A DNA stretch of 64,000 nucleotides from contig DAOKYY010000003.1 in assembly GCA_035325905.1 (NCBI GenBank), positions 15,936 through 79,935 on the forward strand, in the 5' to 3' direction. The notes under the pieces were generated by a model, which was not told the DNA's origin, ran no database searches, and was given only the letters and a program-made list of their open reading frames with translations. This DNA is from Aggregatilineaceae bacterium. GTDB taxonomy: Bacteria; Chloroflexota; Anaerolineae; Aggregatilineales; Aggregatilineaceae. Positions 57,755 through 64,000 of the stretch are shown here, in pieces; within the stretch, counting starts at the first letter, position 1; every line of letters starts with the position of its first letter. Made by a program: the position numbers and the translations under genes.

Positions 57755-57884
57755 GCTCTCAAACGGCGGCACGTGAGATGGTCTTTGAAGGGTCTCTGGG
57801 ACCGCCCAGAGGCGATCAGTCACAACTTGTTCCCGTTTTTCGGAGATCGTCAGGCAACGCAGGGGTGAAGGATAAGGATACATC

Positions 57885-58358
57885 ATGGGCGAAGAGCAAT
57901 TTCTGACCGCGGAAGGCGCCATGGAGTTGCGGGCCGAGCTAGAGCATCTGATCACAGTCAAGCGACCGCAGTTAGCTGAGCGGCTGCGCGAGGCGATCGG
58001 TCAGGGCGACCTGTCCGAGAACGCCGACTACACGGACGCCAAAGAGCAGCAGGCGTTTCTCGAAGGCCGGATTCTCTATCTTGAGACGCTGCTGCGGCAC
58101 GCGACGATCATCGACGAGGGGAACGGCAAGGCGCCGCAGCGGGTCATGGTGGGCTGCGAGGTAACGATTGTTTCCGAGGGCGAGCCGCCTGAAACGTACC
58201 GCATCGTGGGCGCCGCCGAGGCCGATCCGCGCAACGGGCGCATCTCGAACGAAAGCCCGATCGGCGCGGCGCTGCTTGGGCGCCGCAAAGGCGAGGTCGT
58301 CGAGGTTCAGACGCCCGGCGGGTCCTGGTCGGTCAAGATCACGGACATCCGCTGGTAG
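57885..58358 (+). CDS. greA: Transcription elongation factor GreA
   Basis: GDLSENADYTDAKEQQAFLEGRI coiled-coil tip and a C-terminal ISNESPIGAALLGRRKGEVV. Confidence 0.95.
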   Translation: MGEEQFLTAEGAMELRAELEHLITVKRPQLAERLREAIGQGDLSENADYTDAKEQQAFLEGRILYLETLLRHATIIDEGNGKAPQRVMVGCEVTIVSEGEPPETYRIVGAAEADPRNGRISNESPIGAALLGRRKGEVVEVQTPGGSWSVKITDIRW

Positions 58359-58389
58359 CCGCTGCGCGCCGCCCTGCCCCAGGACACAT

Positions 58390-58420
58390 CGAGGCTCTGG
58401 ACACGGCGTCCAGAGCCTCG
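58390..58420. terminator. Strong hairpin between convergent greA and the membrane-protein gene
   Basis: CGAGGCTCTGGAC-ACGGC-GTCCAGAGCCTCG perfect 13-bp stem, followed by CTTGTTGG. Confidence 0.7.
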
Positions 58421-58449
58421 CTTGTTGGTCAGGTACTATGGCGCGCGGC

Positions 58450-59625
58450 TTAGTAGTTCAGCAGCTCCGCTGTGTCGCCGAACGCGGCGTCGGCCTTGGG
58501 GCTGGGCGGCACGCCGCCCTCTTTCGGCCAGGCCGCCAGCTCGACCGTAATGCGCTCGAAGAAGCTCTGCGGCGGCATCGCGCCTGTCCCGTATTGCAGG
58601 TCGATAATCCGCACCTGGACCCGTAGCGTCTGTGTTTCAAGCGTCGTCACCAGGCCCGGCTCGGCCAGCACCGCTTCGCCTTTGGGCGCGAGCTTGGTCC
58701 GCAGCGCCTCGTCGTTGAAGGCGTGGCGGCTCATCAGGACCTTCGTCACGGTGCGGATGTCGTTCTTGTCGAAGAGCCAGACCTCGGTCGCGGTCACTTT
58801 CTTCGGGTCGCCCACACCGATCGTCTCCGAGATGCCGGAGCCGCACTCGCCCAGGAACTCGCCTGACGGCGTCTCGATGCTGAACGACTCGTCGTACAGG
58901 TCATCGCCGAGGATGTAGGTGGACATATACTGGCCGACCGGGGGTTTTTCACCGGCGGCGGAGAAGTCGGTCTTCTGCTCGACGGCGGCGCGCTGGGCCG
59001 AGACGCGCTCGACGTGCGCGGTCGAGGCCGTCACACGCGGCGGCGTGCCGGGCGCTACGCCCGGCGCAGAAGCCGATACGGGCTGAGCCGCCGACGCCGG
59101 ACGGGGCGCGCCGCTGCCGGGCGCCCAATAGAAGGAGAAGATAATCGCGAGGATCAAGCCGATCACCAGCGTGCCGCCGAGGCAGGCCAGCGGTCCCAGC
59201 ACGCTCTGAAGCGTGCTGCGCTCGATCTTCGCCGCCTGTTCGGCTGCTGCGGCCTCGTTCGCCTGGGCAATCTCTAGCAGCGGTCCGAGCCGCGTGGCAA
59301 GCTCTGGATCGGTCTGCTGGTTCTCGGTGATCAAGGCGCGGATCATATCCGGCGTGACGCCCGCCGACACGATCTTGGAGCGGGCTTCTTCCGTATCGCC
59401 TGACTGCTCCAGCTCGACGGCCGCCATCTTGATCCACTGGTCCTTGTAACCATCCGCGAGGTGAACCGGCTCGGCGTCATAGAACTTGATCGGCGCGCCC
59501 CAATAGGTCCAGGCCAACCCGATGATCACGCCCAGCAAGACAAAGCCGAGCCGAGTCAACGCCGGAGCCATCGAGCCTAGCACGGGTTTTGCCATGATCT
59601 TCACCTGGGGAACAAGGCTTCCCAT
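58450..59625 (-). CDS. Hypothetical two-TM membrane protein (391 aa)
   Basis: TM1 LGFVLLGVIIGLAWTYW and TM2 LACLGGTLVIGLILAIIFSFYW. Pro/Ala linker, then a C-terminal domain of about 190 aa with no motif I recognise. AGAAAGG RBS before ATG 59625; alternative ATG at 59595. Confidence 0.6.
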   Translation of the reverse strand: MGSLVPQVKIMAKPVLGSMAPALTRLGFVLLGVIIGLAWTYWGAPIKFYDAEPVHLADGYKDQWIKMAAVELEQSGDTEEARSKIVSAGVTPDMIRALITENQQTDPELATRLGPLLEIAQANEAAAAEQAAKIERSTLQSVLGPLACLGGTLVIGLILAIIFSFYWAPGSGAPRPASAAQPVSASAPGVAPGTPPRVTASTAHVERVSAQRAAVEQKTDFSAAGEKPPVGQYMSTYILGDDLYDESFSIETPSGEFLGECGSGISETIGVGDPKKVTATEVWLFDKNDIRTVTKVLMSRHAFNDEALRTKLAPKGEAVLAEPGLVTTLETQTLRVQVRIIDLQYGTGAMPPQSFFERITVELAAWPKEGGVPPSPKADAAFGDTAELLNY

Positions 59626-59704
59626 ACGGCCTAGCCTTTCTCTGAGGGCTACCGCCTGGGCGGCAGCGCGATGGGTATCCTATGGACCGGTATCACTGCG
59701 ATGC

Positions 59705-59733
59705 ATTGTACATGAACACGAAACGCAAGACAA
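59705..59733 (-). promoter_or_regulatory. Candidate promoter for the two-TM protein gene (TTGTCT-17-TACAAT)
   Basis: On the minus strand, TTGTCT is at 59728..59733 and TACAAT at 59705..59710. Confidence 0.45.
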
Positions 59734-59788
59734 ATCAATTGAGAGAGAGCGCGCCCCGACACAGGCGGGGTTGCGGGCGGACGCTCCA

Positions 59789-59818
59789 TTGCCGGCAGCC
59801 CTTCCTATCAGGTAGAAT
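59789..59818 (+). promoter_or_regulatory. Candidate promoter giving a leaderless GNAT transcript (TTGCCG-18-TAGAAT)
   Basis: TAGAAT at 59813..59818 ends 6 nt before ATG 59825. There is no Shine-Dalgarno sequence in between. Confidence 0.4.
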
Positions 59819-59824
59819 GCAGTT

Positions 59825-60382
59825 ATGATGTCCACACGCAAGCGCAACCAGTTTATCGTCCGCCAGGCTCAAACCGAGGCCGATCTGATCGCGTGCAGCC
59901 AGCTCGATCACACCTACACGACCGGGCATGTCTGGCAGGTCGATCTGCGCGAAGACGGCGACGAGACGACCGTTCGATTCCGCGTCGTGCACCTGCCACG
60001 CACGATCCGCGTGACCTACCCGCGCGATCGCGAGACGCTGCTGCGCTCGTGGAAGGATCGCGACTGTTTTCTAGTGGCGACAGTGGACGACGTGGTGCTC
60101 GGCTATGTGAACATGCGCGTCGAGGGGCCGAGCGGCAAAGGCTGGGTGCACGATTTGGTTGTAGATCAGCGGGTGCGGCGGCGCAAGATCGGCAGCGCGC
60201 TGATGGAGCAGGCGCTGCGCTGGGCACGGCTGCACGACCTGACGCACCTCACGCTCGACGTGCAGACCAAGAATTACCCGGCGCTTAGCTTCATCCGGGC
60301 GCATGGGTTCGCGTTTCACGGGTTCAACGATCATTACTACGCCAACCAGGATATCGCGCTGTTTTTCGGGCGTTCGGTCTGA
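59825..60382 (+). CDS. GNAT-family N-acetyltransferase
   Basis: Acetyl-CoA pocket motif VVDQRVRRRKIGSALMEQA and the C-terminal FIRAHGFAFHG. Confidence 0.8.
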   Translation: MMSTRKRNQFIVRQAQTEADLIACSQLDHTYTTGHVWQVDLREDGDETTVRFRVVHLPRTIRVTYPRDRETLLRSWKDRDCFLVATVDDVVLGYVNMRVEGPSGKGWVHDLVVDQRVRRRKIGSALMEQALRWARLHDLTHLTLDVQTKNYPALSFIRAHGFAFHGFNDHYYANQDIALFFGRSV

Positions 60383-60439
60383 GCGGTGTGTATAAGAAAT
60401 TGGGCGAGCCGGTTTATAGAGTGAGCTACCCCGCGCACA

Positions 60440-62473
60440 ATGGATGATCCCGATCTGCTTCACGGCGCGCTTGAGCTGATCAACGAGACGCTGACGACGA
60501 CCATTGTCATCGTCGCGGCGTCGATCCTGCTCTACAACCTGAGCCGCCGCCTGCACGACCGGGTCACACGGGCGGCGTCGATCGTGCTGGGGCTGGTTGT
60601 GGTAGCGTATGTTGCGGACGTGTTCGTGTCGCTGGACCCCGGCGGGAACGACTACGTCGAAGCGTACCTGCGCCTGCAATGGATCGGCATTGCCTACATT
60701 CCGGCGGCGCTTTTCCACCTCTCGGACGCGCTGCTGGAGACGACCGGCCGGCCCTCGCGCGGGCGCCGCCGGCTGGTGATCCGCATCAGCTATTTGATCA
60801 GCACGGTCTTTCTGGGGTTGGCACTGTTTACCGATGCCGTCGTAACTAACCCCGCGCTGGGGGATATGCCGCGGATGCGCCCCGCCGCTGGGTTCGCGGT
60901 GTACACGGCTTATCTGCTGGTCGTCGGTACTGCGTCGGTAATTAACGTCGCGCGAGCGCGGGCGCGCTGCCTGACACGCTATACGCGCCGCCGGATGACG
61001 TATCTGCTGGCGGTGTTCCTGACGCCGGTCTACGGCACCTTCCCCTACTCGCTATTTTTTGGGCGGCTTGGCGACGAGCAGACGACGCTGCTGCTGATCA
61101 TCCTGAACGCCTCGAACCTGGTGATCATGCTGACGTTGATTTTCATGGCGTATCCGCTGTCGTTCTTCGGGGCGCAGCAGCCGGACCGCGTCGTCAAGTC
61201 ACGCCTGCTCGAATTTATGCTGCGCGGCCCGCTGACGGGCGCCGCCATCCTGGCCGTGATTTTGTTTGTGCCGCGCGCGACCAATCTGCTTGGCATCGAC
61301 GGCGATGCGTTCATGCCGTTCGCGGCGGTCGCCGTGCTGCTTTTCTTGCAGTGGTCGATCACCCTGCTCCTGCCAGTGCTGACGCGCTGGCTGGTTTACG
61401 CCGAGGACCAGCCCCAGGCGCAGACGATCGAGCGGTTAAGCGAGCGCCTGCTGACCCAGGCCGACGCCTCGCAACTCCTTGAGTCAATTCTGGCCGCGAT
61501 CTGCGACTCGCTGCGCGTGCCGACCGCTTTCGTCGCCGAAATTAATCCCTCCGGCGCGCGGCTGGTGCAGGTCGTTGGGTCGCTCGCGCCGTCGCACGAT
61601 GCGCTGGAGTCGTCCGATCTGCCGTCGCTGATGAACGGCGGCGCCCGTGAGGGAGCGGGTCTTCAGCCCGTCGATGGTATGTTTGTCTGGCACTCGTACT
61701 GGCTGGTCCCGCTGCGCGCCAGCATCGGCGGTGCGGACGGGGCAGATGCGCCACTGCTGGGAATTCTCGGCGTATGGGCGCGGGCGCCGCAGCCGAATCT
61801 TGACGACGAGGAACGCCCGGCGTTCTTCCGGCTGGTCGAGCAAGCGGCGCGGGTGCTGGAAGAGATGCAGCGCCAGGCCGAGGTGTTTTTCGTGCTGGAA
61901 GGGCTGGCCTCGCAGATGGACCGCGTGCAGAAGCTGCACGGCGTGTCGCGCTTCGGGCATCTGTCGGACGAGCCGGAGCCGTATCCGTCCAGCGACTTGC
62001 TGGCGCAGGCGCAGTTCTCTGATCTGGTCAAAGACGCGCTGCGCGATTACTGGGGCGGCCCGAAACTGACCGACAGCGAGCTTCTTAAGCTCAAGGTGGT
62101 CTGGCGCGAAATGGCCCAGGCCAACGACAACAACCCGGTTCGCGCGCTGCGGGCAGTGCTGGCGCGCGCCATCGAAAACCTGAAGCCAGAAGGCCAGCGC
62201 AGCCTGACCACGACCGAGTGGGTGTTGTACAACATCCTCGAAATGCGCTTTTTGCAGGGGCGCAAGGTCCGCGATGTGGCGCTGCGGCTGGCGATGAGCG
62301 AGTCCGACCTGTACCGCAAGCAGCGTATCGCGATCGAGGAAGTCGCGCGCGAGATTGCCGAGATGGAGCGCGGTTTGCTCGCCGAAGCGCCCAATGGATT
62401 ATCGGATCGCCACGCTTCTGATCTGGCTCCTGAACCCCACGCGGAGCAGCCCCCCGCTTCGGCCTCGCGCTGA
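60440..62473 (+). CDS. Membrane one-component regulator: HisKA_7TM-like sensor module - GAF-like domain - sigma70 region-4-like HTH
   Basis: About 9 hydrophobic helices whose layout parallels the N-terminus of the kinase at 23981..26230. GAF-like LLESILAAICDSLRVPTAFVAEIN...LLGILGVWA. C-terminal HTH YNILEMRFLQGRKVRDVALRLAMSESDLYRKQRIAIEEVAREI. There are no kinase motifs. Confidence 0.7.
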   Translation: MDDPDLLHGALELINETLTTTIVIVAASILLYNLSRRLHDRVTRAASIVLGLVVVAYVADVFVSLDPGGNDYVEAYLRLQWIGIAYIPAALFHLSDALLETTGRPSRGRRRLVIRISYLISTVFLGLALFTDAVVTNPALGDMPRMRPAAGFAVYTAYLLVVGTASVINVARARARCLTRYTRRRMTYLLAVFLTPVYGTFPYSLFFGRLGDEQTTLLLIILNASNLVIMLTLIFMAYPLSFFGAQQPDRVVKSRLLEFMLRGPLTGAAILAVILFVPRATNLLGIDGDAFMPFAAVAVLLFLQWSITLLLPVLTRWLVYAEDQPQAQTIERLSERLLTQADASQLLESILAAICDSLRVPTAFVAEINPSGARLVQVVGSLAPSHDALESSDLPSLMNGGAREGAGLQPVDGMFVWHSYWLVPLRASIGGADGADAPLLGILGVWARAPQPNLDDEERPAFFRLVEQAARVLEEMQRQAEVFFVLEGLASQMDRVQKLHGVSRFGHLSDEPEPYPSSDLLAQAQFSDLVKDALRDYWGGPKLTDSELLKLKVVWREMAQANDNNPVRALRAVLARAIENLKPEGQRSLTTTEWVLYNILEMRFLQGRKVRDVALRLAMSESDLYRKQRIAIEEVAREIAEMERGLLAEAPNGLSDRHASDLAPEPHAEQPPASASR

Positions 62474-62490
62474 GGTTTTTTTCCGGTCGT

Positions 62491-62519
62491 TTGACAAGGA
62501 TTTTCCCCATTCCTATAAT
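62491..62519 (+). promoter_or_regulatory. Consensus sigma70 promoter TTGACA-17-TATAAT for the S1-domain gene
   Basis: Exact TTGACA at 62491..62496 and exact TATAAT at 62514..62519, 17-nt spacer. GAGGAAGG RBS before ATG 62611. Confidence 0.75.
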
Positions 62520-62610
62520 GACTGCGGATGTACCGTAAATCTTAGTAGTCGGCGACGCGAAAAGCTGGCCGTATCATCAGGCGTACCGGCTGAGGAAGGC
62601 ATATATCACT

Positions 62611-63594
62611 ATGTCAGCAGAGTTTCAGAGCACGAGCGCCTCGCCTCCGCTTCCTCCTGACGAGGGGTATTGGGAGGCGCTTCTCCAGGAAGGAGATAGC
62701 GCCGTCGTAGGGGGGATGCCTCGGCAGCGCGACCTCGATTGGGATGAATTTGAACTGCACGACGCCTCGCCCGGCCTGACGAATGGCGCGACGCCGTCCG
62801 GCTCCGAGGCGGACTGGGACGAGGTCCAGCGGATATTTGATTTTGACGAAACAACCGAGCTACGTGTGGTGGGCTTCAACCGGGGTGGCTTGCTGGTCGA
62901 GTGGAACAGCCTGCGCGGGTTCATCCCGGCCAGCCAGCTGATTGATTTCCCAGTGATGGCGGACAACCGCGCCCGGCGCGAGGCGCTGGCTCAGCGGGTA
63001 GGGCACACGATCCGGCTGCGGGTGATCGAGCTGGACCGCGATCAGAACCGGCTGATTCTGTCCGAGCGCGCGGCGCAGGTCGAGCCGGGCACGCGGGCCA
63101 ACGTCCTGACCACGATCCAGCCCGGCGATACCTGCACCGGCCAGGTCACGAACCTGTGCGATTTCGGCGTGTTTGTCGATCTCGGCGGGCTGGAGGGCCT
63201 GATCCACATCAGCGAGCTGAGCTGGGGGCGCGTCGGGCACCCGCGCGACGTGCTGAAGCGCGGCGATACGGTCACGGTTCACGTGATGCAGGTTGATCAG
63301 GACCAGGGCCGCGTCGCGCTGAGCCTCAAGCGTATGCGGCCGGACCCCTGGAAGACGGTCGAGGCGCGTTACACCGTCGGACAGATGGTCGAAGGCGTGA
63401 TCACCAATGTCGTCGATTTTGGCGCCTTCGCGTGCATTGAAGAAGGTCTCGAAGGGCTGATCCACGTCTCGGAGCTGGCCGAGGGGCACTTCCTGCACCC
63501 GCGCAACGTCGTGCGCGAGGGCGACACCGTCCGGGCGCGCATTCTGAATATCGACGGCAACGCGCGGCGGCTTGGCCTCAGCCTGCGCCGCTGA
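62611..63594 (+). CDS. S1 RNA-binding domain protein (three S1 domains, acidic N-terminal extension)
   Basis: Three repeats of the G..v.G.V....dFG.FV.l..gleGLiH.SEl pattern, for example GQVTNLCDFGVFVDLGGLEGLIHISELS. Confidence 0.85.
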   Translation: MSAEFQSTSASPPLPPDEGYWEALLQEGDSAVVGGMPRQRDLDWDEFELHDASPGLTNGATPSGSEADWDEVQRIFDFDETTELRVVGFNRGGLLVEWNSLRGFIPASQLIDFPVMADNRARREALAQRVGHTIRLRVIELDRDQNRLILSERAAQVEPGTRANVLTTIQPGDTCTGQVTNLCDFGVFVDLGGLEGLIHISELSWGRVGHPRDVLKRGDTVTVHVMQVDQDQGRVALSLKRMRPDPWKTVEARYTVGQMVEGVITNVVDFGAFACIEEGLEGLIHVSELAEGHFLHPRNVVREGDTVRARILNIDGNARRLGLSLRR

Positions 63595-63624
63595 CGCTGC
63601 GCCCGCATCCGCCCGGATCAACAA

Positions 63625-63651
63625 CAGAGTCCCGCTATCGGCGGGACTCTG
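63625..63651. terminator. Hairpin between convergent S1-domain gene and aspA
   Basis: CAGAGTCCCGC-TATCG-GCGGGACTCTG perfect 11-bp stem. Confidence 0.65.
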
Positions 63652-63669
63652 CGAGCGTCTGGCCTGGCG

Positions 63670-64000
63670 CTAGCGATCGCGGCTGCCGTCGCTTGTGACC
63701 GGCGGGACCCACTGCGGCTGCGTCATCCGCTCCGGCCGCAGGATGTCGTCCAGCGCCTCCTGGCTGAGCAAGCCCCGCTCCAAGACCAGCTCGTACACCC
63801 CGCGCCCGGTAGCGAGGGCTTCTTTGGCGACCGAGGCCGCGTTGTCGTAGCCGATGTACGGGTTGAGAGCAGTCACGATTCCAATCGAGTTCTCGACCAT
63901 GCGGCGCAGGTGCTCGCGGTTGGCGGTGATGCCACTCACGCAGCGGGTGGCGTAGGTCCGGCAGGCGTTGCGCAGGTGCGTCAGGCTGTTGAACAGCGCG
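63670..64000 (-). CDS. aspA: Aspartate ammonia-lyase, C-terminal part; 5' end lies beyond the window
   Basis: The frame is open to the window end: LFNSLTHLRNACRTYATRCVSGITANREHLRRMVENSIGIVTALNPYIGYDNAASVAKEAL. GITAN and NSIGIVTALNPYIGY fit aspartase better than class II fumarase. Confidence 0.75.
   Translation of the reverse strand, partial: ALFNSLTHLRNACRTYATRCVSGITANREHLRRMVENSIGIVTALNPYIGYDNAASVAKEALATGRGVYELVLERGLLSQEALDDILRPERMTQPQWVPPVTSDGSRDR

Noticed and set aside
57794-57811. CTCTGGG-ACCG-CCCAGAG hairpin after the dGTPase-like gene as a terminator
   Set aside because: It is a 7-bp stem with no adjacent T tract, and it sits inside the greA upstream region. That is too weak to call; it may be a leader structure or chance.

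Overview
Visibly G+C-rich bacterial chromosomal segment; I did not compute a GC value. The protein set (HisKA_7TM-type sensors, many TPR proteins, a giant PPC-repeat surface protein) reminds me of Chloroflexota, but that is unverified. I can support about 50 protein genes, 3 tRNAs, several hairpin terminators and a set of sigma70-like promoters. Most of the window is ordinary housekeeping: trpS, smpB, plsX-fabF, trmFO, hflX, acnA, rbsK, hpt, cca, rsmD, ftsH, ligA, uvrB, greA, aspA, plus a dGTPase-like gene, an acyl-CoA ligase and an S1-domain protein. Regulators sit between these. I found no CRISPR array, transposase/IS, prophage or known multi-gene defence operon. The best candidate for something undescribed is the module at 21.26-23.43 kb. 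It holds a catalytically intact tyrosine recombinase with a TIR-like N-terminal domain, convergent with a 99-aa membrane protein. A 10-bp inverted repeat brackets the pair and overlaps a start codon at each end. AT-rich repeat-rich DNA, an 11-bp palindrome and a 7-codon uORF lie alongside. There is no cargo, so it does not look like a classical mobile element. I read it as a possible self-encoded invertible switch or a TIR-linked recombinase system; this is inference only. Secondary candidates: a 1777-aa secreted protein of about 15 tandem PPC-like domains with no enzymatic domain; an integrase-like protein lacking most catalytic residues; a 7TM-GAF-HTH membrane one-component regulator; a MalT-like NTPase with a degenerate P-loop fused to wHTH-BTAD; and a 522-aa + 148-aa operon of unknown function. 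Many ORF-track entries are antisense shadow ORFs or over-extended N-termini, and I rejected them.
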